Source: Lunatimonas sp. (GTDB taxonomy: Bacteria > Bacteroidota > Bacteroidia > Cytophagales > Cyclobacteriaceae). From it: a DNA stretch of 64,000 nucleotides. How positions within the stretch are numbered: the stretch's first letter is position 1; each line of letters begins with the position of its first letter. Below are positions 44,443 to 53,682 of the stretch, one piece after another. A program made the translations under genes and the position numbers. Below the pieces are notes generated by a model, which was not told the origin of the DNA, did no database searches, and was given only the letters and a program-made list of their open reading frames with translations. Where the stretch lies: positions 6,792 to 70,791 of the forward strand of contig DATHWC010000062.1 of NCBI GenBank assembly GCA_035460985.1, written 5' to 3'.

Positions 44443-44937
44443 ATGTATGAAGTAAAATTGAAAAATGAAGTCTACCTGGTTGAAAAAAATGGGGAGCAGT
44501 CCAAAGTCAACGGTGAGATAATCTCAATGGAAGGTGTGAAAATTAGTGAAAATGCCTTTCATTTGATTATTGAAAATCAGTCACTTACAATAGAAATCGT
44601 GTCCTGGGTGCCTTCAACAAAAACCCTTCAAATAAAGCTGAACGATCGATTGGCTGAACTTATAGTCAGCTCTGAGCAGGACCTTCTATTGGAGAAAATG
44701 GGATTGAAGCAGATCAAGGGGAATCTCTCAACGGAAATAAAAGCACCCATGCCCGGTCTTATACTGGGTATTCCCATAAAAGAAGGTGATACCGTCGAAA
44801 AAGGTGATGTATTGATTGTCCTGGAGGCAATGAAAATGGAAAATTCCATTAAGTCCTCCCAATCGGGTACAATCAGGAAAATCCTCGTCGACACTGGACA
44901 GGGGGTGGAAAAAAATCAGGTGATGATCCAATTTTAA
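44443..44937 (+). CDS. Biotin carboxyl carrier protein (biotinyl domain)
   Basis: IKAPMPG and LEAMKMEN biotinylation motif. Confidence 0.9.
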   Translation: MYEVKLKNEVYLVEKNGEQSKVNGEIISMEGVKISENAFHLIIENQSLTIEIVSWVPSTKTLQIKLNDRLAELIVSSEQDLLLEKMGLKQIKGNLSTEIKAPMPGLILGIPIKEGDTVEKGDVLIVLEAMKMENSIKSSQSGTIRKILVDTGQGVEKNQVMIQF

Positions 44938-44970
44938 AGAATAGATTTAGTTTTGTAAAAAACAAGAAAT

Positions 44971-44978
44971 TATCTTTG
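44971..44978 (+). promoter_or_regulatory. Sigma-A -7 element upstream of the long pyrH leader
   Basis: TATCTTTG on the plus strand, about 290 bp before the pyrH ATG. Confidence 0.55.
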
Positions 44979-45270
44979 TCCGGTTTGAATCAAGTAATCT
45001 TTGAGTTGATTTCCATATCAAAGGCTTAATTGAACGTGCTAAAAAGTGCCAAAATCTAAGCCGATCATGATTCGAACGTTGTGATACCAACTAGATAATG
45101 CGCTGCTATCAAGTTAGTTATACAACTGTTTTTTCTTAAACTGAAAACAAATTTTAAACTGATGAAATAAAGCTTGACGAACGCGTCACACACCGGGATG
45201 ATTATCATTGCGAGATTCCACCTGCCTGACGGCAGTCAGGTATGGTCTTTGAAAAATAAATTATAAACAT

Positions 45271-45981
45271 ATGAAATACAAAAGAATCCTCCTAAAACTT
45301 AGTGGTGAGGCCCTAATGGGTGACAAATCTTATGGCATTGACTCTAAAATTCTACAGCAATACGCTGACGAAATCAAAGCAGTACGTGATCAGGGAGTTG
45401 AAATCGCCGTTGTAATCGGAGGAGGTAATATTTTTAGGGGAGTTCAAGCCGGCCATGTGGGTATTGACCGTGTACAGGGAGACTACATGGGTATGCTTGC
45501 CACCCTTATCAACGCCATGGCGCTACAGAGTGCGCTCGAACAAAACGGTATGTACACCAGGCTGATGTCTGGTATCAAAGTAGAAAGTGTATGTGAACCC
45601 TTTATCCGTCGACGGGCCATTCGGCACCTTGAAAAAGGAAGAATTGTCATTTTCGGCGCCGGAATCGGAAACCCATATTTCACAACAGACTCTACTGCCA
45701 GTCTTAGAGCAATAGAAATAGAAGCGGAAGTAGTGCTAAAAGGCACACGAGTCGATGGCGTCTACACCGCAGATCCGGAAAAAGATAAGACGGCTACCCG
45801 CTACGCCACTATTTCTTTTCAGGAAGTGTACGAAAAAAACCTCAACGTGATGGACATGACCGCCTTCACCCTTTGCCAAGAAAACAACCTCCCTATTATC
45901 GTCTTTGACATGAACAAAAAAAACAACCTCATAAACCTCGTAAAAGGTGAGGATGTAGGGACACTTATAACTTCTAAATAA
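45271..45981 (+). CDS. pyrH: UMP kinase
   Basis: [17 protein letters not shown] and GNPYFTTD motifs. Confidence 0.99.
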   Translation: MKYKRILLKLSGEALMGDKSYGIDSKILQQYADEIKAVRDQGVEIAVVIGGGNIFRGVQAGHVGIDRVQGDYMGMLATLINAMALQSALEQNGMYTRLMSGIKVESVCEPFIRRRAIRHLEKGRIVIFGAGIGNPYFTTDSTASLRAIEIEAEVVLKGTRVDGVYTADPEKDKTATRYATISFQEVYEKNLNVMDMTAFTLCQENNLPIIVFDMNKKNNLINLVKGEDVGTLITSK

Positions 45982-45993
45982 GCTAAACTTACC

Positions 45994-46554
45994 ATGGAAG
46001 AAATCCAATTATACCTCGAAGAAGCTGAATTACTAATGAAAAAAGCAGTGGACCATACCGCTGCCGAGCTGGTAAAAATACGCGCAGGGAAAGCCATGCC
46101 GAATTTTTTGGATGGCATAGTAGTGTCCTACTACGGTGCGCCAACTCCCCTACAGCAAATAGCGTCTGTAACTACACCTGACGCTCGGACTCTCGCCATT
46201 AAGCCTTGGGAAAGAAACTTAATCTCTGAGATCGAAAAAGCAATCATCAACTCCGATTTGGGTCTCAATCCCCAAAACAACGGGGAAATGGTCATGCTAA
46301 CCATCCCACCACTCACAGAGGAGCGCAGAAAAAACCTCGTGAAGCAGGTGAAAAACGAGTGCGAAAATGGAAAAATCAGCATAAGGACTGTACGAAAGGA
46401 CACGAATGAGGGACTGAGAAAGCTTCAGAAGGACGGAGCACCGGAAGATGAAGTGAAGAGGGCTGAAGATATCGTGCAAAAATATACAGATAAATATTCA
46501 ACTAAGATCGATGACCTCTTTGCCAAAAAAGAGGAAGAAATCATGAAGGTATAA
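45994..46554 (+). CDS. frr: Ribosome recycling factor
   Basis: IRAGKA, DLGLNPQNNG and PPLTEERRK motifs. Confidence 0.99.
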   Translation: MEEIQLYLEEAELLMKKAVDHTAAELVKIRAGKAMPNFLDGIVVSYYGAPTPLQQIASVTTPDARTLAIKPWERNLISEIEKAIINSDLGLNPQNNGEMVMLTIPPLTEERRKNLVKQVKNECENGKISIRTVRKDTNEGLRKLQKDGAPEDEVKRAEDIVQKYTDKYSTKIDDLFAKKEEEIMKV

Positions 46555-46562
46555 AAACTCAA

Positions 46563-46591
46563 AAAAAGGACGGGAAATACCCGTCCTTTTT
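46563..46591. terminator. Bidirectional terminator between frr and the convergent OMP gene
   Basis: AAAAAGGACGGG-AAATA-CCCGTCCTTTTT. Confidence 0.9.
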
Positions 46592-46631
46592 CATTCTATA
46601 TTGCATGCTATTGGAAATCAACCGATATTTC

Positions 46632-47315
46632 TTACTTAAACCAGCGGTCTGTACTTATTCCAAAGCCTATAAATACCCCGACATAGGAGGCATTGCTGCT
46701 GAAATCGATCTCTTGGCTGTTAAATTCGGTACGTTGAAATCTTAGTTCATCAAGCGTGCCAACTCCCTGCTGATACCTTAGCCCCGCCAAGAAATAATTA
46801 TTTCTTTTAGTATACTTTTTGATGCCAACATCAAATCGCAGCAAAAAATTGGAACTCATACTACCTGTCGTGCCTCCAAAACCACCACCAGAAAAATTCG
46901 GGGGATCGCGGTTGAGGGCCACACCTATGGCGGGCTGCACGTACAACTCAAATTTTTGCTTTGGAATAGTATACCTTGCTCCCAGTGAATAATTTCCAAA
47001 ATTGTTTCCAAATGCTGAATCTTTATTCTCAAAAACATTCCCATTAGCAGCCTGTTGCCTAATCCCTATCGGCCTATGCAGGTATTCACCCTGAAGCACT
47101 ACCTGCCATTGATCGGTTACTTTACCGACGACACCCAAACCCAATTGATAGCCCATCGTCGGAAACAAACTCATCTCATCTCCGTCCGGAGATGAAATCG
47201 TCGCGTTATAAAATCCCACCGAGGGGCCGCCATAACCTTCAAACTGTAATATTCCCTGGGAATTTGCTTGGTATCCAACCAAGACTAAAATAAGGATAAA
47301 AAAGGAAAACTTCAT
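46632..47315 (-). CDS. Outer-membrane beta-barrel protein (porin/OmpA-like barrel)
   Basis: Signal peptide and amphipathic Gly/aromatic-rich strands. Confidence 0.65.
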   Translation of the reverse strand: MKFSFFILILVLVGYQANSQGILQFEGYGGPSVGFYNATISSPDGDEMSLFPTMGYQLGLGVVGKVTDQWQVVLQGEYLHRPIGIRQQAANGNVFENKDSAFGNNFGNYSLGARYTIPKQKFELYVQPAIGVALNRDPPNFSGGGFGGTTGSMSSNFLLRFDVGIKKYTKRNNYFLAGLRYQQGVGTLDELRFQRTEFNSQEIDFSSNASYVGVFIGFGISTDRWFK

Positions 47316-47431
47316 GTCACTAATTATTTGTGGCTAATAAAATAAAGAACAGACAGCCATAAGCTGACCATTCTTTCCTATAGTAAACCTTACAGTGGCA
47401 AATATATGGAATTTCACATATAAAATGAAAA

Positions 47432-50077
47432 TTATTCCCCCGAGCCAACATGGATAAAGGTCGCTATCCCGAAACGTGGCCCTGAGTGGACATATGCTCC
47501 GTTTTCAAACCCTGCCGCAAATTCAACACGGAAAATACGCCATAAATTATCCAAAGAATACCCAACCTCCATATAATGGGGAGAGCGGTCAGCTTTGAGG
47601 TAATTGAAAAAGATATTTTCCCGGACCCCCGTGAAACGTAACATGGGCAACTGGGTAAATAAAAATTTTCTGAACTGGTAGTGAAAAATTCCGCCCAAAT
47701 AGTTACCATCCGTACTATATCGGTAGTAATCAAGCAGTCGATATTCCGAAGCTGCTCCCATACTGGTAAAAATAGTCCGATTGCCTCCAAAGTGTTTAAA
47801 ATCCATAAAATACACCCGAGAGGAATTCAGAAAAGAACCGGCGGTCAAGTTAAAATCCAATTTGCCACTTACCCCAAAGGAAAATGCATGTCGAAAATTA
47901 GCTTCCAATTGGTCAAATCGCGAAGACTGATGGGCCGATGCAACTGGAATGCCTTTTTGATAAGAAATCGTCAAATGAGGGGCAGTGCTGTATAATGGAG
48001 ATTTTCTGTAGTTGCGGATACTGTATTTTAAACCAGGCCTCCACGAAACTTGTGATCTCCATAGGTATAATCGGTGGTTAGAGAAATTACTGTTGGTGGC
48101 TGAAATATTCTCGGGCCGATTGGAGGTAAAACTTCTTTGATCACCCTCTCTGAAGCTGTAGTTGCTTGTGTTCTCCAAGAAGTTTCTTTCTGCATACTCT
48201 AATCCAGATCCAAAGGCCAAACCTGGACTGACTTGTCTTTCGAAATCCACCCGCAGGTACCGCTGCTCATAGAGCTTCATCCAATTTTGATTAAGTAATA
48301 GAGTGTAGGCACTATTCACCCACTCCGATATGGGTTCCTTTCTGTTTAGTTGAAAAATAAACCGTCCACCTTCCGCCGAAAGCTGGGTGTGCGATCCTTC
48401 ATTTCTAATCAAACCTGTGACAGCAAGCCTACCGTAGAGGGTCTTATTGGACAACCCGTATCTTCCCTCAGGCCGGATTAGCACCTGTTTTGTTCGGAAA
48501 TTGACACTGTCCGCCAATTTTTCCCTTTTCCTATACCTCATGTATCCGGCCATACCGAATTTAAATCCCTCCACGGAGTTGAATCCCATTTTGCCAGCAT
48601 TATTATAAAAACCCGAGGAAAATCCTCTGCCGAAAAAATAGTCTCCCCCGCCCAGCACGTCCACTACTTGAAATTTCTTGTTGATGCTTGTATCCATGCT
48701 ATCTGGAACAGATTCTTTCGCCGATTCCACTCTGGCAAGACTGTCATCCCGGCGATACCCCCGGATTTCCTCAGACGTCAAGGCAACCGGCCGTATGCTG
48801 TCCCAAAAGTTTAATTCCCGTTTCGTGGCTAGACTATCTACCGCATATTTTCTCTCGCGAACGACCTCATTGTTTTCCCTTTCCGTTTCAACTTGCTTTT
48901 CATAGGTGCGGACCATTTTCCGAAAGGATTTTTGTGACATTTGTTCTGCTGCAGCCAGCTGTTCTGTCACTGATTCCCGTTTGTCAAATCCGGAAAGATC
49001 GGCGGGTAAATCCTCTACTTTTTCATCTAATAGGACTGTTTCCGCTATCAAGTCTGGATTTAGTTCCAGCACATACTCACCTGTTGAAGCCAAATATTGA
49101 AATTCCCCTCCAAAGCCGAAAAACTTTCCGCTGACTTGGTAGGTGTGGGTGACTGGCATCCAGACGTTTTCAACAATCGGAGCAAACTGTTGCTTTGCGG
49201 TAATTTGAAATCCCAAATAGGATGTCTTCAAATCGAAGCTGTGTATAGCCCACGAATCCTCTATAATATACAGATAGCCATCAAAGACACGTTCTCCTGG
49301 AGATCTAGGCCTCACTCTGATTTTATTTACCAACACGCCATTGTCCATAAAAGACCCCATAAATTGGAATCGGTAATAGGAAAAAGCCATTTTGGACAAA
49401 GGGGATATAATGTCCACTACCTTGTCCTGATAAAACGTCGCCGCTATATAAGGAGACGGGGACGTTTGCATGTCTTCTCCAACGGTTCGTATGGCGATTA
49501 CTTTTTCCTCTAGGTAATTCGGTTGCCTGAAGGTAATTTCAGAAATCGACTCCGTAGTGTAGGCTTCATTCAGGTTCAAGCCCTCTTCTGCCAATTTCTT
49601 ACGAACAAAAAAAGGAGCGTTCGTCAGTTTACCTGTACCTTTTAAATACACCTTCATCGAATAGCTGTCTACTTGTAGGCGGTGATAATCGGATTTGGCA
49701 ATTGCCCTGCGCATCACGGTTAATGCGGGATCTTCCTGTTTGCTATCCACCGTAACTTCCCTCAACGCATACATTTGTTCCTTGAGGACAACATCTACCT
49801 CCACCCAAGTCTGGTCTATTTCCACTGTTGTCAGAACGGATTCGTATCCCATAAACTGAATCCACATATCATAAACTCCCGGCTTCAAATTCAGTTGAAA
49901 ATAACCATCAGCATTTGAAGGAATCCCATCTCCCAAATTTCTGATAAAAATGGAGGCAAAAGGCAAGGGGTTGCCCCCCTCATCACGCACGTAGCCTCTG
50001 ACTCCTTGTGCGAAAGTTTCCAGCTCCGAGAAAATTATCAAATACAAAAGAATCAAAAACTTAATCCGCATTCCCAA
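47432..50077 (-). CDS. DUF5686-like outer-membrane protein with N-terminal carboxypeptidase-regulatory-like domain
   Basis: Signal peptide; VRGYVRDEGGNPLPFASI N-domain; DPALTVMRRAIAK linker; beta-rich C-terminal half. Family assigned from recalled architecture. Confidence 0.7.
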   Translation of the reverse strand: MGMRIKFLILLYLIIFSELETFAQGVRGYVRDEGGNPLPFASIFIRNLGDGIPSNADGYFQLNLKPGVYDMWIQFMGYESVLTTVEIDQTWVEVDVVLKEQMYALREVTVDSKQEDPALTVMRRAIAKSDYHRLQVDSYSMKVYLKGTGKLTNAPFFVRKKLAEEGLNLNEAYTTESISEITFRQPNYLEEKVIAIRTVGEDMQTSPSPYIAATFYQDKVVDIISPLSKMAFSYYRFQFMGSFMDNGVLVNKIRVRPRSPGERVFDGYLYIIEDSWAIHSFDLKTSYLGFQITAKQQFAPIVENVWMPVTHTYQVSGKFFGFGGEFQYLASTGEYVLELNPDLIAETVLLDEKVEDLPADLSGFDKRESVTEQLAAAEQMSQKSFRKMVRTYEKQVETERENNEVVRERKYAVDSLATKRELNFWDSIRPVALTSEEIRGYRRDDSLARVESAKESVPDSMDTSINKKFQVVDVLGGGDYFFGRGFSSGFYNNAGKMGFNSVEGFKFGMAGYMRYRKREKLADSVNFRTKQVLIRPEGRYGLSNKTLYGRLAVTGLIRNEGSHTQLSAEGGRFIFQLNRKEPISEWVNSAYTLLLNQNWMKLYEQRYLRVDFERQVSPGLAFGSGLEYAERNFLENTSNYSFREGDQRSFTSNRPENISATNSNFSNHRLYLWRSQVSWRPGLKYSIRNYRKSPLYSTAPHLTISYQKGIPVASAHQSSRFDQLEANFRHAFSFGVSGKLDFNLTAGSFLNSSRVYFMDFKHFGGNRTIFTSMGAASEYRLLDYYRYSTDGNYLGGIFHYQFRKFLFTQLPMLRFTGVRENIFFNYLKADRSPHYMEVGYSLDNLWRIFRVEFAAGFENGAYVHSGPRFGIATFIHVGSGE

Positions 50078-50495
50078 TTGATTTTTTTGATTGTTTTAAA
50101 TACCCAAATTACCTGCCATCACATTACTACTCCGAAAATCACAATTACTAACGGTTCCTAAGACAAAAAGTAACTACATCCAGCAATTAATTTAAACCTA
50201 ATTTTTTAGGGTAATATTTTCTGATATTTCCTCCAAAAATATGCCGTTTTTTGTACTTTTTTTAAAAACTACAAATTTAACAGAATGATAATAATCAGAT
50301 CGGTCCATTGTGTAAATAATAACTATAATTAACTTATTTTAACATATCAATAAAATTACCTCAAAAATTCACCTCCTAATTATTTAATCAGAAATTTCTA
50401 CCGAGTTTTAGGAATTGCATAAAATAAATATTCCTCACATATTTAACGTGTTATTTTAACAATCATTAATTTTAATACCTAAAATCAAAAAAAGT

Positions 50496-53400
50496 ATGCA
50501 AAACTATTTACCCAAAACAACACTGTTTTTGTTGGGATTGGCACTGCTTCTGGCATTCCCCCTAACAATGCAGGCCCAAACCAGGGAGGTAACGGGTACC
50601 GTATCTTCGGGAGAGGATAATCTAACTCTTCCTGGTGTATCTGTGCTCGTTAAAGGTACCACAAGAGGTGGTGTCACTGACATTGACGGAAACTACCGAG
50701 TTTCACTACAGCCTGGAGACAACGTCCTGGTATTTTCTTTTGTGGGATTCGCTCCATTAGAAAGAGAAGTAGGCAATCAATCCACGATCGATGTGACTTT
50801 AATGCCTGACATGCAGTCATTAAGTGAGGTAATCGTAGTAGGTTATGGTGAACAAAGGAAAGAGACCATCACCGGATCAGTAGCTACTGTAAAAGGAGCC
50901 GATCTAGTGAAATCTCCCGCCATGAACCTGACTAACTCCATTGCTGGCCGTATGGCGGGAGTTATCGCAGTAAACCGAAGCGGTGAACCGGGTTATGATG
51001 GCGCCGGTATCCGTATCCGGGGTTCCAACACCTTGGGAAACAACGATGCACTCATCGTTATAGACGGTATCCCTGCAAGAGCGGGTGGTATTGATCGATT
51101 AAATCCAAACGACATCGAGACCATTTCCGTATTGAAGGATGCGTCAGCTGCAATTTATGGTGCCAGAGCTGCAAACGGCGTAATCTTGGTAACCACGAAA
51201 AGAGGGAAATCCGGCAAACCAGAATTAAGTTATCAATTCAATCAGGGCTTTGCCCAACCTACTGTTATACCTAAATTGGCCGATGCGGCACAATACGGAG
51301 AAATGCTCAATGACCTTCACGTCTATGAGTTGCCTGTAGGTGAATGGCGTGGTGCCACTGATGCATATCGGGCTACCGGTACCTACACCCGTCCCGACGG
51401 ACAAGTTAGAACTGCACCTTTCAGCCCCAATGCGCTTGAGATGCACCGTGCTGGCACAGACCCTTGGAATTACCCCAATACTGACTGGTATGGAGAAACG
51501 CTTAAGACTTGGTCTCCGCAGACCCGACACAATTTGCAGTTAAACGGTGGAAATGAAGACATCCGTTATTTGGCTTCCTTGGGATACCAAAATCAGGATG
51601 CCTACTACAAAAATTCGGCAACAGGGTTTAAACAATACGACATGCGCTTAAACGTGGATGCGAAGGTCAATGAATTTATAGACCTTCAAATTGGTGTGTT
51701 GGCAAGACAGGAAGCCCGGTTTTTCCCAACTAGACCTGCGGGAGCCATCTTTAGAATGCAAATGCGGGGCAAGCCTCATGAGCCAGCTTTTTGGCCTGAC
51801 GGCAGACCGGGACCGGATATCGAAAATGGCGAAAACCCCGTTGTTATCACCACGAATGCAACCGGATACGATAGAGATACCAGAGATTATTTCCAAACCA
51901 ATGGAGCATTGAACATCAAAATTCCGGGAGTAGAAGGCTTGAAATTTCAGGGTACAGCATCGGTTGATAAATTAAGCCAATTCAACAAAAGGTGGGAAAC
52001 ACCTTGGATCCTATATCAGCGGGGAAGCGGTTTTGAAGCTGATGGAACTACACCAATTTTAGTTCCTAGTGAAAGAGGTCCAGCGGAGCCCCGTTTAAGA
52101 CAATCCAACAACAACCAGTTGAATATCCTCCTAGGCGGGGTCTTTACTTACGAAAAGAAAATTAACGACCACGAATTCAACATCTTGGCAGGTGTAAACA
52201 AAGAGACGGTAGATGGAGATAACTTCTTTGCCTATAGAAGATTCTTTATCTCCCCAGCCATTGATCAGATGTTTGCAGGTGGTGATGCTGAAAAGGATAA
52301 CGGCGGTGGAGCATTTGAAAGAGCCCGTCTTAACTATTTCGGTAGGGTTGCTTACAACTACAAAGATAAATACCTCTTTGAATTTTTGTGGAGAAATGAC
52401 GGATCCTATATTTTCCCGGAACAGACCCGTTTTGGATTCTTCCCTGGAGTCATGGGCGGATGGGTTGTCTCGGAGGAAGACTTCTGGAAAAACAATGTCC
52501 CTGTAATGGATTTCTTCAAAGTACGAGGTTCTTGGGGACAGATGGGTAATGATCAGATTTTCTTTGGAGGAGCATTACAAGAATACCAATTCCTTTCTAC
52601 TTATGGGTTTAGAAGCCATATTTTGGAAAATAACGAGGCCAAGACGCTGTTTGAAACCAGAGTACCCAACAATGCCATCACCTGGGAAGTGGCTAACAAT
52701 TCCAACATTGGTGTAGAAGGCTCCTTGTTTGAGGGGAAAGTTTTCTTCGAATTGGATTACTTCTACAACAAAAGAACGAATATTCTTTGGAGAAAAAATG
52801 CTTCAGTACCTGAATCAAGTGGTCTGGCAGCATTATTGCCTGCCGAAAACATCGGAGAGGTTGAAAACAAAGGGTTTGACTTCAATGTTGGATACAGGGG
52901 TCAAAAAGGAGATTTGCAATACAGCATCAGTGCCAACGGTGGCTATGCTTACAACAGAATCCTTTTCTGGGATGAGCCTCCGGGAGCACCGGATTGGCAG
53001 CGGTCTACCGGATTGCCTATGAATACACCTGCCCCGGTTTATTTATATGACGGAGTGTTTGCTACACAAGAACAAATCGCTTCAGAATCCTTGGATTATT
53101 CCGCAATTACTAACCAACTTCGTCCAGGAGATATGCGATTCAAAGACGTCAATGGTGATGGTCAGATTACACCATTGGACCGGGTAAGAATGGACCGAAA
53201 TAATATTCCGAGATTTCAGGGAGGTGTCAATATGAATGCCCAATGGAGAAATTTTGACCTTTCCGTATTGTTTCAAGGAGCCGCAGGTGCTATTGCACTC
53301 GTTTCTTTGGGTGAATCAGGAAATATTGGAAACTACCTGTTGGAATTTTATGAAAACCGCTGGACCATCGACAATCCAAGTACGGAATATCCTAGAATTG

Positions 53401-53672
53401 CCAATAGAAGCGATCAGTATTACTCTGGAGGAAATGATTTCTGGTACAGAAGTTCGGACTATATTCGCCTTAAAAACCTAGAATTGGGTTATACAATACC
53501 ATCTCAGTGGGGAGAGCGGTTTGGCATGAGTAATTTAAGAGTCTACGTTAACGGGTTGAACCTTTTAACTTGGGACAAATTGAAGGTTTACGATCCTGAA
53601 TCTGACAATTCAACAGGTCAGTACTATCCACAGGCACGTGTCATCAACGGCGGCGTATCCGTTTCTTTCTAA
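50496..53672 (+). CDS. SusC/RagA-family TonB-dependent transporter
   Basis: CarboxypepD_reg-like N-domain; plug motif DIETISVLKDASAAIYGARAANGVILVTTKRG; C-terminal YYPQARVINGGVSVSF. Confidence 0.97.
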   Translation: MQNYLPKTTLFLLGLALLLAFPLTMQAQTREVTGTVSSGEDNLTLPGVSVLVKGTTRGGVTDIDGNYRVSLQPGDNVLVFSFVGFAPLEREVGNQSTIDVTLMPDMQSLSEVIVVGYGEQRKETITGSVATVKGADLVKSPAMNLTNSIAGRMAGVIAVNRSGEPGYDGAGIRIRGSNTLGNNDALIVIDGIPARAGGIDRLNPNDIETISVLKDASAAIYGARAANGVILVTTKRGKSGKPELSYQFNQGFAQPTVIPKLADAAQYGEMLNDLHVYELPVGEWRGATDAYRATGTYTRPDGQVRTAPFSPNALEMHRAGTDPWNYPNTDWYGETLKTWSPQTRHNLQLNGGNEDIRYLASLGYQNQDAYYKNSATGFKQYDMRLNVDAKVNEFIDLQIGVLARQEARFFPTRPAGAIFRMQMRGKPHEPAFWPDGRPGPDIENGENPVVITTNATGYDRDTRDYFQTNGALNIKIPGVEGLKFQGTASVDKLSQFNKRWETPWILYQRGSGFEADGTTPILVPSERGPAEPRLRQSNNNQLNILLGGVFTYEKKINDHEFNILAGVNKETVDGDNFFAYRRFFISPAIDQMFAGGDAEKDNGGGAFERARLNYFGRVAYNYKDKYLFEFLWRNDGSYIFPEQTRFGFFPGVMGGWVVSEEDFWKNNVPVMDFFKVRGSWGQMGNDQIFFGGALQEYQFLSTYGFRSHILENNEAKTLFETRVPNNAITWEVANNSNIGVEGSLFEGKVFFELDYFYNKRTNILWRKNASVPESSGLAALLPAENIGEVENKGFDFNVGYRGQKGDLQYSISANGGYAYNRILFWDEPPGAPDWQRSTGLPMNTPAPVYLYDGVFATQEQIASESLDYSAITNQLRPGDMRFKDVNGDGQITPLDRVRMDRNNIPRFQGGVNMNAQWRNFDLSVLFQGAAGAIALVSLGESGNIGNYLLEFYENRWTIDNPSTEYPRIANRSDQYYSGGNDFWYRSSDYIRLKNLELGYTIPSQWGERFGMSNLRVYVNGLNLLTWDKLKVYDPESDNSTGQYYPQARVINGGVSVSF

Positions 53673-53682
53673 ATCCCAAAAT

